The position numbers were made by a program, and so were the translations under genes. Under the pieces are notes generated by a model. It searched no databases. It was given only the letters and a program-made list of their open reading frames with translations, and was not told the origin of the DNA. A stretch of DNA of 64,000 nucleotides from Trichodelitschia bisporula (taxonomy: Eukaryota), in NCBI GenBank assembly GCA_010356995.1, contig ML996700.1, positions 186,001-250,000 on the forward strand. The letters run 5' to 3'. How positions within the stretch are numbered: the first letter of the stretch is position 1; every line of letters begins with the position of its first letter. This document shows, piece by piece, positions 28,601 through 39,850 of this stretch.

Positions 28601-29711
28601 GGGTCTGATATCGCATCGCATGTTCATGCCCGCCATCTTGAGGATTCCGACGCCCGAAATTAATACCGCCACTGACGCGACCTCGGTATCGGAGATGCAG
28701 TCCAAGGGGTGGGAAGCCTTCCTACAGCTGTTGGAAATCCTCTTTGCATATGCGGGAGAATTAGTCAAGCCGATGGACGTGCCTAGCATGTCTCGGACCT
28801 TTTACCGCGCGCTGCTGAGGGTCTTGCTTATTCTGCATCACGACTTTCCCGAATTCCTGGCTGATCACCATATGCAACTCTGCAACAGCATCCCCGCGCA
28901 CTGCGCTCAACTACGGAACCTAGTTGTCAGCGCGGTACCTAGCGCCATGCCGGAACTTCCAGATCCTTTTACTGTTGGCTTCAAGGTCGATCGTGTGGAG
29001 GATGTGCGGAAGAACCCAAACATTCGTGGGGATTTTGTCGGGTTGCTCAAAAAGGGTGGCATCTACGACACCGTCGAAGCCATTTTCGACGATGCCGAGC
29101 AGCCGGGAGACTTTGAGAAGCTGGCTCAGGCTCTTTCTCGCCCTCGGGGTGAGGAGTCATCTGATGGCTCCGCCGCAAGTAATGTTGATGACGCTCTCAT
29201 TCACGCCCTCGTTATCTATATCGGATCCACGGCGATTGCGGCTGCGGGTACCAAAGGGCCCACATTCAACAAGGCGGCGCCCCAGGCGAAGATGCTTCAT
29301 CAGCTCATGAAGGATCTCAAGGCCGGCGTTCGGTACCATTTCATCAGTGCCATAGCCAACCAACTCCGCTACCCAAACAGCCACACGCATTACTTCAGCT
29401 ACGCCCTCCTCGACATCTTTGGGTTTCCCAGTAATGACCCCCAGTCGCAGGAAGTGCAAGAACAGGTATCGCGTGTGCTGCTTGAGCGCCTCATCCTCCA
29501 CCGACCGCACCCTTGGGGTCTCCTCATCACAATTCTTGAACTCTACAAGAATTCAAACTACGACTTCTTCAAGCTGCCCTTTATCCAAGCGAACTCGGAG
29601 GTAAGAGCTTTTGACTTTGTCTCTCGTTACCTCGACGTATCTAATGCACTCTAGGTGGAGCGTCTTTTTGGAGCGCTGTTCAATAACATCCGCAGCCCGA
29701 GGCAGCCTTAG
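22682..29711 (+). CDS. NOT1: CCR4-NOT complex scaffold subunit Not1; introns 23276-23322, 23645-23691, 29601-29654
   Basis: ~2300-aa product with DKVLFVLNN, LKQLGSWLGSLTLARDKPI, PVVERSVTIA, LHHDFPEFL, IANQLRYPNSHTHYFS, LLERLILHRPHPWGLLIT. Final exon VERLFGALF...QP*. Confidence 0.97.
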
Positions 29712-30879
29712 GCTTGAAGACAACCCCGCGACGGTCAAGCATGATTCACCTTTGGCCGGTTTGCTTACGAGGGCCATGGTGTTCTTTCCGTTGGGTTACT
29801 CTGTTCTTTGCAAATAATACCCATGTAATTGCGTTAGTGAATACCTGGGGTTAAGGGTGGAGTCTCGGGGATGGCCAGCGGTTTCGGAGGCAGGGCGGGT
29901 GTGCTTTTCATATTTCCATCATCTCACCATTAATATTTCGCTGCGCATTCCTCACGGTTCACACGCAACGGGGTCTTCAGCGGAATGGTACTGGGGAGGG
30001 ACAACGGTCCTTTGGTCACGATTCGGGCTGGCAAAAAGCGGCGGCGTTCTCCTGGTGCAGCTTCTGCTCGTGTGGGGCTCCGTAAAACTGTAGCATTAGG
30101 CTCTTCGAGGCGGGGTTCGGCGCAATATGGGACGCTATGTACGATATGTACGGGTTATTTGTTCATGGCATTTTGTATGGTGTTCTGTTTTTGAGACCAT
30201 CTCAGCGGGCTTGGTGTATCATCTGTCGAGCCCGTGAGTTGATGCAGCGGTGAATGAAGTGGGGCGTCAGAAGCGCACCCGAACGTGGACGATGCTCATT
30301 CGTCCGCTTAGCACGACTCCTGAAGCCGGAACAAAAGCGTTCAGGAGCTACTAACATTATTAAGCTGCCTTAGCAAACGCATTTTGACCCACATCACCTC
30401 TCCTGTAGGCAAAGCAAGAATTGGGCGCGCGGACGTTAAGGGTACAGCGTGAAGCGGAGAAACGAGGTTGACGGACGACAGCCTTGTGAGGGTGACTAGG
30501 CATCCTATCAGAGTCGTCTACAGCGTACAAGGCTAATAATCCCCCACAGTCGGGCAACACGTGTATCTTGATATCGCTGGCAATTCTCCGTGTTATTTCT
30601 TCCCAGCAACAAGGCGCGGAGGCGCACGTGCATCCACGATAGAATAGCGGATGTGTTCTGCTGGCGGAGAGTCATCAGGCAGGTTCGCTCGCCGCATACA
30701 CCTTATTGCCGTATTCTCAAGGGCTTAAGCTTAACTCGACACTTATTTCGGCTTATGCTTCGAGAAGTCGTCTAGCTCCGAAGAGTCTGGATATTCAGCT
30801 CAATACTGGCACGCTTCTACCTGGTTTCCACTTCTCTACCCCGCCTCCCCACCCTCGAGACCTCCCCAACCCCGTAACC

Positions 30880-31911
30880 ATGTCCCCGCTCGGCATGCTG
30901 GTGCGCTCCGGCCTCTCCGTCCTCGCCAACGATCTTGCGACCGTGGCGTCGGGCTCGAAAAAGCCATCAGAGACGAAAATCGCCCGAGCCGTCCGCACGG
31001 GCATGATCGCTGTTGAGGTAGTCAAGACGGAAGCCACGAACCTGAAGGACAACATCAAGGCGATCCGCGATGCGTCGGGGGCAATCAAGCACGCGCTGCC
31101 GACGGTCAAAATCGTTGCGTCGCACGCCGTCTTCCTCGCCAACTTCAACGCCTTCATCGGCGCTGCGGGCGTCGTCGCCCAGTTCATCCAGGTGTACCAA
31201 GGCCAGCAGGTCATCACGGAGCTGCGCAACATCCGGCAGGAACTCGCAGTGCAGACGGCGCTGGATGCGCCGGAAAAGTTCGCCAAACAGGTGTACAAGT
31301 ACGTGGCCATGAAGGCGGCGGAGACGGCAGGCGCCCAGCCCCGCCACTTCTACTTCCTCTACCACCCCGACACCGACTGGCACCCTACCTTCTTCGAGCT
31401 AGTCGAGAACAAACCCCTACCGGATAGCTTCTACGGCATGTCGGAGAACCTGGACGCGCTGTGCGTGTGGATGCGCTTCGTACGCGTCATGCTGGCGAAG
31501 CAGCGCTCGTGGGGCCGCGAGGCCGTCTTCGTGCTTCTGGTGCCGGCGTATCGGCCCTTCCACATCCAGGAGCCGCTCGACTTTGCCGAAGTTCTCCATC
31601 CGCTCATCATACATGGCATGATACACAACAATGAGCCTTTCGTACGACTCAATCTGCCAAAGCAGCGCAAGGACTTGCTCGACGGCGTGGGCCTCTGGGA
31701 AAGGCCTCCTGGCCCTGGGGGACTGCTCCAACTCTTCCAGGCAAAACCGGCGCAGAAGGAATTGCGATTTTTGGGAGATGTCAGCGCAGAGGCGGATGAG
31801 ATTGCGGCGAATGGCTTTCGTAAGGTGCGGAGAACGAAGAAGAAGACCAAGGCGATTGAAGATGTCCCCAAGCTGGAGTTTGAGCGGGCACCGTCCGCAA
31901 AAAGACATTGA
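30880..31911 (+). CDS. Intronless hypothetical protein, ~343 aa, function unknown
   Basis: Long ORF with ACCATG start after a C-rich leader, strong G/C bias at third codon positions and globular-looking composition. No motif I recognise. Confidence 0.85.
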   Translation: MSPLGMLVRSGLSVLANDLATVASGSKKPSETKIARAVRTGMIAVEVVKTEATNLKDNIKAIRDASGAIKHALPTVKIVASHAVFLANFNAFIGAAGVVAQFIQVYQGQQVITELRNIRQELAVQTALDAPEKFAKQVYKYVAMKAAETAGAQPRHFYFLYHPDTDWHPTFFELVENKPLPDSFYGMSENLDALCVWMRFVRVMLAKQRSWGREAVFVLLVPAYRPFHIQEPLDFAEVLHPLIIHGMIHNNEPFVRLNLPKQRKDLLDGVGLWERPPGPGGLLQLFQAKPAQKELRFLGDVSAEADEIAANGFRKVRRTKKKTKAIEDVPKLEFERAPSAKRH

Positions 31912-32307
31912 GATTTTGGACAGGTGGTCTGGCTCCTGGCTCATAGGGCCAAGCATGGGATATAAGCGGCGGAAATTGTAACTGTATATAGGATGGCAGA
32001 TTCCGGGCATATCTGGTGATTTTGGCGTTTGGAGACTTCACGGAGTTAAGGTAGATCACTCCAAGGCATGGATGAGAGGCTCGATGAACCTCGGTATGAG
32101 AACAAACCAACCGACAGCCAGCACCCTTTGCAAGATAGTGAAGAAGCATTATGAAAACAGTTATTATTAGAGAAGCTCATGGTCATAACCACCCATTACA
32201 CCATCCATTCCATGCATGAATCATGACTCGTGCCCTCCAGTACTCCTTCCTCCACTCCTTTTCCTTTCCGACAATTATGTACATTAGAATATACTGTGCT
32301 CAATGAT

Positions 32308-33845
32308 CTAACCAGCCTGGTACATGCCCAGAGCGCGCACATGAGGGTTGATAATAGACAGGTTGAACGGCGTGAGAAAAAGATCCGAATCCGTCAACGC
32401 AACAAACATGGTACCATTAACAGCTGGATCGCCTTCATAGACTTCGGCGCCGGGTTGGGTGGTCCATCCTTCATTCTTGCCGGTCACCGTGAGAGGGGTG
32501 TAGGTGAGGTTAAGCTGCGAGACCCAAGCCGCAAACTTGGGCTCACCGGCCTCCGTCGACGTCACGTAGCTGTTGTTCGGGCCAACCTTCTGGCCAGGAT
32601 CGTCCCATGAAAAGAAGATACGTTTGCCGGGGAAGGAGAGGGGCTCAGAGCGGTTACGAGAAATGGCGGGACCGCAGCTGTATCCGGTAACGTTGACGTG
32701 CACGCAGCTCTCCTCTTCGGGGATATCGGCCTTCGACGGGTCAATGGGGCGGCTACCGACTACCTCGTTCATCTTGGTGTCGTTGGGTGAGAAACGGTTG
32801 GGATTAGGCTGGTTGAGGATGTGCAGCGCTGGGAAGTTCTGCCATGCCAGACGAGTGGTGTTCTCGGGACAGGAAGAGATGTAAGGCGCCAGGTAGGTCC
32901 ATGCCCAGGATTGCGGGATGCCGGTCTCGAACCACACAGGGTAAGGGTGCAGACCCAGCATTTGGCGGAACGTCATCTGCTGGCGCGCCTCAGTCGCAAT
33001 AGATTGGGCGAGCAGCTGCCCCACTTCGCGGCTGTCAAGGTGGTTGATGAAACCCCAGACGCCCGATTCACCGAAGCGAGTGAGCTTCTGGTTGAAATCG
33101 ATGAATTCCCGCACATTGGTGAAGGGGTAGTCGTAAGTGCACTGAGGGGGTGCAGCCTCGCCAAGCATGTTGCTAAGCAGCGTTGCGTGCCCACTCTCCT
33201 GCTGGGCCATGAAGGCAATTACAGCACGATCTTCAGCAGTGAGACCGGCGTCGAGGAAGTCCTGGGCTGAGAAGACGGCAAGACCATTGTTGAACAGGTC
33301 AAGTTCAATCCATTCCTGGTAGAGACCAAGAGCAATAGACTCGAAGTCGAAGTCACTGTTCACCATGTATCGAGGCTGAGTGCCATTGGTTCCCAAGCCG
33401 CCTGTGCATGTTAGCGCCATCCCATAATCACTGTCATGAACGTACCGAATGGGACATAGGGTGCGGGCTGCGCGTGCTGGAGCAACCCATTGGGGTTGTA
33501 GTAAGTCGCAGTTGGGTTTGGCGGCAGTGCGGGAATGGTTGACCCCGTCACCGTGTTGGAGACAGCGCCAGTGGTGGTCGGCGTACCAGAGTAAGGTCCA
33601 TGGCTCGTCGCCCCAGTCACATCACTGCTGCGCCGCGGAGGGCCCGGGACGATAGGTGTCGGATCGGCTGGTACCTGAGAGTCAGGACCGAAGGTGGTCG
33701 CGATCTTGCCCAGCGGTGAAGGCGTCTGGGCGAAAGTAGCATCGGCGTTTGTATAACCAGCGACTTGACGCTCCTGGAGCGGAGCCGGGGCTGCCAGGGC
33801 GATGCCGGTGAGACACGCTGAGAGGAGGACCTGTTTGGCGAGCAT
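32308..33845 (-). CDS. Rds1-like secreted stress-response protein with a ferritin-like domain; intron 33402-33445
   Basis: Signal peptide MLAKQVLLSACLTGIALAAP, P/T-rich linker, then LGLYQEWIELDLF, QQESGHATLL, TRFGESGVWGF, SIATEARQQ, as in fungal Rds1/ferritin-like proteins. Confidence 0.85.
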
Positions 33846-35376
33846 GATCGGATGGGGACGAGGAAGGTAGTGCTCTGAGAAGCGATAAAGGGTGGGGAAG
33901 ACGAGAAGAAATACTTCGAAGGCTCGAGAGAGATAAGCAAGGCTATGATGGTGTGTCTACGCAAGAGCCGCGCAACCGCTCGCCGGGCGTAGAGACCATG
34001 ACTTCATCGCACGCTTACGCGGCGCTCGGACGGAGTGGGGAAATGGGATTTGGCGTGGCAAAGTAAATTTTGATGGGAATTCATGAATACCCACCGGCTG
34101 GAATAAGGCGGGAATGACGCGGTCTCCACACGGGTGCACGGGAAGCGAACGTGGTGACCTGACACGGGAGGATCCACCAAACCCGAGTGGGCGTGGAGGG
34201 GGATATATTTTCCAGGATGTGGTCGGCAACTGATGGAGACATCGCGAAGTCATGTTTGGCCGGGAGTCGATTTCGATACTCTGGGGCGCTTTGAAAGCGG
34301 CACATGTTTTGATGAATGGAAATAATCTGCTCCAATGCCGTAAGACTTGACTGGTTTGCGACCTACGGCATGAAGAGGTTAACAGTATATTGAAGCAGAG
34401 TTGAAGTATTTGGCAACTTTCTTGTTCTCTTCCCCGCATGTGCGGTCCGGAGTACCATGTGGGTTTCTCGCTCATTTCCCAATCCAGGGCAAGCATACTT
34501 CATTCTGACGTCGTGATTCGGGAAACCCTTGGACGTCCGCGACGTGGGGCGGCACTATGCGAGCCGCGATGCTAGGATGGGGTGGATGGTTCTCATACGA
34601 GGTAAGTCAGTAAAAAATAAAGACGGCGATTGCCAGGTTTCCACCGATCGACATAGCTGTAGAGTCGGAGTAAATTCCACTCTGCGGATCGCAGAAGGTC
34701 GATCACATCGACGACCGACAGCTGCTTGACGAAACCAAACTCCGGGATATGAAGTCGGCATACATCCGTACTGTCATCACACCAAAGAGCACTTGTGCGG
34801 TTTGAGGGGTGAATAAGTGCGATTGTGGTTGGTGAGAGCCGAAAGACATGACGCCGAGGACCTGTGCCTTGCCATCCCCGGGACACCCGGCGATCATTGA
34901 GGATTCGGATCCGAACCCCTCCGTCTTGGCATCTTAATATCACTCTTGTGAGGCATCACGGCATCAAGTGGCTGAGCTCCTAAGGCAGTTATCGATAAAA
35001 GTATCATCCGCGATAATCGTCGAAGTGGTGCTCCATGCATCGCCTCTATCCCCTGCCACAAGCTGCATCCACCTACAATATACTATGTACGGTACGCCCA
35101 TAGTAATTTCGTAGACGTACCCGTAACCTTACAGTACGATAGCAACCGAGATCATAGAGCTTAAGATGTGTGCCGGGGTGTACTGGCGTAAGATAGTCGA
35201 AAGGCGGGACACGCCATCCTAACCCAACTTCAGCCTCCCAACTTCAACCAGTCAGTACCCTTCACTCCACAGCTCGTATCCAGGTACTGGCTCGCGATCC
35301 AGATCACTTCGTGCACGCGTACTTAGAGAAGCTGACTCTGCAAATAGATACTAGCAGTTCGCCAACTTCCTCAACC

Positions 35377-36492
35377 ATGGCGCCAGTAAAACCCCACCCT
35401 CCGCTCCGTACTGTCATGCCCCCACTCATCTTCGGCACCGCAACCTTCAACAATCTTTATAACCGCGATCCCAATGAGCTTGGTACCACGCCAATCGTTC
35501 ATCGTGCCCTGGCTCTCGGTGTTCGCGCCTTCGACACCTCGCCATATTACGGCCCGTCCGAGACACTCCTCGGCGAAGCGCTGGTCACCGGCCCCGTTCC
35601 GCGTTCGGAGTACTTCATCGTCACCAAAGCAGGCCGCATCGCATCTGATGTCTTCGACTACTCGCCCGCCGCAATCCGCGCTTCGGTCCTGCGGTCCTGC
35701 GAGCGCCTGGATACTCCATACCTCGATCTGGTCTACTGCCACGATGTGGAATTCGTGTCGCCTGACGAGGTGCTCGAGGCCGTGCGCGAGCTGCGTCGTC
35801 TCCGTGACGAGGGCTATGTGCACTACGTTGGCATATCAGGCTACCCGCTGGGCGTGCTGTGCGAGCTAGCGGAGCGAGTGCGTGACGAGACGGACGAACC
35901 CCTCGATGCGGTCATGTCGTATGCGCACTATACGCTACAGAACAGGCGATTAGCTAGTGAAGGTCTACCGCGGTTGTTGAAGGCGGGTGTTCAGGTTGTA
36001 CCTAATGCTTCGGTACTAGGCATGGGGCTTTTACGCGGGAACGGGGTGCCGGTTGGCGCGAGAGGGGACTGGCATCCTGCGCCGCAGGAGCTAAGAGAGG
36101 CGGTTGCGAGGGCAGCTGGATTTTGTGCTGAGTATGGAGAGCGGCTGGAGGAGGTTTCGGTGCGGTGGGCACTGGAAAAGTGGTTGATGGAGGGAGGTGT
36201 GATGGGTGTTAACCCGGAGGGGCGGGGATTGCTAGGTGTCAGCGTCATGGGCGTGAGTGCGATCAAGGAACTCGAGGAGACGATGGCGGTGTGGAATAGT
36301 ATCTTGGATGGGTTGGCGAACAGAGAAGGCCGGTGGTCAGGAGCCGAGACTCTGAGCGCGTTGAAGCGGGAGGCGACAGGCTTGCTCGCCGAGGAGGTGA
36401 GGAATATTCTTGGGGAATGGGTGGATTACTCATGGCCCAGCCCACCGGAGGGTACTATCGTCCAGAAGTCTCAAGACGGCGAGGTGAGGTAG
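35377..36492 (+). CDS. Aldo-keto reductase, D-arabinose 1-dehydrogenase (Ara2)/L-galactose dehydrogenase type
   Basis: PPLIFGTATFN, AFDTSPYYG, TKAGR, YLDLVYCHDVEF, YVGISGYPL. ACCATGG start at 35377. Confidence 0.9.
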   Translation: MAPVKPHPPLRTVMPPLIFGTATFNNLYNRDPNELGTTPIVHRALALGVRAFDTSPYYGPSETLLGEALVTGPVPRSEYFIVTKAGRIASDVFDYSPAAIRASVLRSCERLDTPYLDLVYCHDVEFVSPDEVLEAVRELRRLRDEGYVHYVGISGYPLGVLCELAERVRDETDEPLDAVMSYAHYTLQNRRLASEGLPRLLKAGVQVVPNASVLGMGLLRGNGVPVGARGDWHPAPQELREAVARAAGFCAEYGERLEEVSVRWALEKWLMEGGVMGVNPEGRGLLGVSVMGVSAIKELEETMAVWNSILDGLANREGRWSGAETLSALKREATGLLAEEVRNILGEWVDYSWPSPPEGTIVQKSQDGEVR

Positions 36493-37454
36493 CCCCATTC
36501 ACATGCACTGGAGCGTGTGGTACGTACCCTTCATATGAACTTTTAGGCAAAACAGTTTCTAGATTAGCGACGCTGCCGGGGCTTTACCTGCTATACCGCC
36601 TATACCACCTATATGGATTCCAAGTATTCCAAGGAACATCGATGAGCTTCCATCGGACCGGTTTCGGTAAGTGCAAATCGAGTGCCTGCCGAGTCTCAGT
36701 TTTACACGATGCTCGCGCGTTCGGTGTCGTCCTCCAGACCGGCCGGTATTGTCTCCACACTATGGTCTTGCATAAACCGCGCCGCCTGCTATGCCCTTAT
36801 AAGCCCTATCACGCACAAACAGAAGGCTTGTTTCTTACCAGAAACTCGGTTGGCCACCAAAACGTGCCCCATTAAGCACTGACAAGCTAAGTATGTATCC
36901 TTGTGCCAGTGTTTCACGCCACGTCTTGCGAGCCTGGCTAGTGTCGGGCTATATGGTGGTCTGTTCGCACATGCGATTGCTAGCGGGGGCGAATTGGATG
37001 GGCATTTGAGATGGCAAGGTTATGCGAAACAAGAAGCTTGAACTCTGAAGATGCGGGAGTTTGGCCGCCTTCACTGGCCTTGCGTTCCGTGGCAGCCACC
37101 ATTTCATGGTGCTCAGCGTATTCGAGCGGGTATAAGAGCCGGAAAAGGCATATGGAGTAACGTAGAGTGTAACTCCTAATGATTCGCCAGGTCCACCGAT
37201 ACGTAAGGAGGTACATGTCTCCACGAATTCGGATCAAAGAAGTGCTCTTGTTCGTCCATGCGGGTGTCGACTTTGATAGCCGCCCCATAGAAACCCTATT
37301 CCACAACGCCGCCAATATCCCGATCGTACAAGGCTCCTCTTGAAACATCCCAAACGCCTCAGAGGACAAGTCCAAAGACATGATGCGCGCTAAATCCCCA
37401 GTTCAAGCCCACCCAGCAATCCCCAAAAATGTACAGCGCTCCCAATCCCTTCAG

Positions 37455-39850
37455 TTACTCAGAACGCATCGGTGTAACCCAAACACAGTGACAACTCTTC
37501 GCCGGATCGTCTCGCCGCTGCACTCTCCTCCAATCCCAGTCCCCAACCCCTCGCTCCGCCCAACGTCTGGATGGCTTCTTCGGGTATGCCTTCGCAAAGT
37601 CGCTTGGGCTTGGATCCGATTCGTTCAAGTAGACCCGTATGTAGTTTCCGTCGTCATCCAACATGGGTGTGATGTTGCCGTCCATCTGCACGCTCATCTT
37701 CTGGCAATAGGGCTGAACTGCCGGGTTGGGTATACGGCGCTCCTCCACCTTCACGATGTAGGGAAAGTGCTCGGTTGGCACTGGAGGAGGAGGCTTCTTC
37801 GTCGTGGTTGCAAAGCGCTCCTTCAAATGCGGGGTGTAGGTCGGTGCTGCTGTTGTTGACGTGCTCTTCTGTACGCTTGAAGGGGTAGGGGTCGAAGGAG
37901 ACATCCCCTGCGTTGGTTGCGCCATGGTCGCACTTGCTGAAGGCGACGACGGTGGTGATGATACCGGAGCAGGGGCCGTAGCATTTTGACCCAGGTATAT
38001 GAATCCCTCGATGAAAGTTTGATTCCAGAAACAGTACCAGGGTTGCTCACCCTCGCGCAACAGCTGTACACGTCGGTGGTAGCCCTGAGCATCCTTGGGC
38101 ACTGTGGGAAGCGGCGGCGGTGGAGGCGGATACACCGGATAGTCTCGCTCATGAGGTGGAGGGGGTGGAGGAGAATACGAGTTATCGTACTCACGGTGCG
38201 CTCGCTTCTCCTTTCTGCTAGGCCCGCCAACAAAGTAGTTGTGATCCAAGATGACGAGCTTGTCGTACACTGTCTGGAAGTGCAGTGCAGGTCCCCGAGT
38301 GGGCTCGTCAAGATCCGTGACCCAAATCAGCTTTTGCTTGGGCTGAACGCGAGGCGGCTGTGCCCCGTATGGAGGGATGTCGTTGAGGAAGGGCTGGGGC
38401 CAGATTTTGGCAATTGAATAGCCGCCTGGGGGCGTTGAGATTTCGAGGTTGAGCGCCGGAGCCGCGACATCGCACCCCCACGCCTTCATTTGGTTTGGCA
38501 CCACCAGGCAGGCCTGCTGTTCTTCCTGTGCGGGACCAAGTGGAAGCCAAAAGTCGCCTGTCGGAACCGGCGGCATTCCTGACGGCGCGGGAATTTGCGA
38601 AGCATCGAACATAGTGTTAGTGCTCGTTACTGTCACTGTTGCCGGTCTGGAACTGTCAGGGTCTGCACGGGTAATGAGAACTTCGATACTCACTTGTCCG
38701 ACCGCTCCTGGCTTAACATCCCACCAACAACTCCACCCAAGATGATGCCGATGAAAACAATGACAGCGATTATGGCGACAATAACCCATACGGGTAACCG
38801 GCCACCGCACACTCTCGTCATTTGCTTTTCTTTCCATGTCTTCTCCTTCCACGGTTTCTTCTCAGAAAGTGAAGATCCAGAGCTTGTGACCTGTGCTGCT
38901 GGCGCCTCTACCTCCAAGCTCTGCACTTCTCTTTGTGGTGAGATTTGTTGTGCTGATAGGAGATTGTCGTGTGAATGAATGGTTGCCGGAGGGGAAACCG
39001 GGATCGAGAGCGGTGTGATGATCGGTAAAGGTCCCTTTTCCCCCTCCTCTGGATATTGAGAGTAAGGTGGTAGCTGTTCAGTGTGTCCGTCTGGTCCCAA
39101 TATGTCCTGCTCTTCACCATCTGGTCCTATCCGTCGACGAAATGCCACAACTCTTCCTGGAAAGCCAACAGGTACCCCTGCACCACGTATTGCTGCACCT
39201 TCTCCGTCGTCTTCGGGAAAGGAGTTTTGTTGGTATAATCGGTAGGGATGTTGCGGTCCAGCTGATGAGAAGGCATTGGGCATCTGTCGAGTAGAAGTCG
39301 TCGACACACTGGACGGCCTAGGGACGCCCGACTGAGGGTACATGTGGTATGGATGGCTAGGGCCAGAGCTGGCGGGAAACGGGCTCTGCGAGCGGTTAAG
39401 AGTTGCGAAGGAGGCCAAACTACTTGGACGGCCAAATCCGAAATGAAACCCATCGCCAATCGACGTCCTACCAGCACCCGACACCGACGCGTCATTCATG
39501 AACTCCGCCGAATTCCTCGCTTCCCTCGATGACTTGGCCATGCTATTTCGCGACGCGCTTCCCGCGTGCAGTGTGCTCCCATCCCCAACAGACCATCCTC
39601 CCGAAGTCGAGAAGGACTTGCGCACTGAAGAAGCGGCCGTCATACTCCGCGGGCGCGTTATGCGAGGCGGCGTCTCGGGGTTGCTGGTGGTCAGCGTGGA
39701 GCGGAACGACGAGTGACGGCGCGGTGAGCCGCTTGTCGCACTCGAGCTGCTGCTGCTGGCTCCATCCTCCAGCGCATAGCGATCGTCAAAGATGTCGGAG
39801 TTGCTCGTGGGAGGACGCGTTTCGCTCTGTGGTCGAGGACGCCGGTCCAT
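37455..39850 (-). CDS. Uncharacterised single-pass membrane protein (disordered N-terminus, TM helix, Cys-containing C-terminal domain; resembles the fungal DUF7820-type family); intron 38647-38693
   Basis: GPDGHTEQLPPY motif, TM segment VWVIVAIIAVIVFIGIILGGVVGG, then PWYCFWNQTFIEGFIY, VKVEERR, PYCQKM, CHCVW. Intron GTGAGT...CTGAC...CCAG joins the two ORFs in frame. The DUF label is from recall, not a search. Confidence 0.8.

Noticed and set aside
30706..30879. TTG-started N-terminal extension of the orphan gene
   Set aside because: It lacks the codon bias of the gene body and looks like a C-rich leader. ATG 30880 is the better start.
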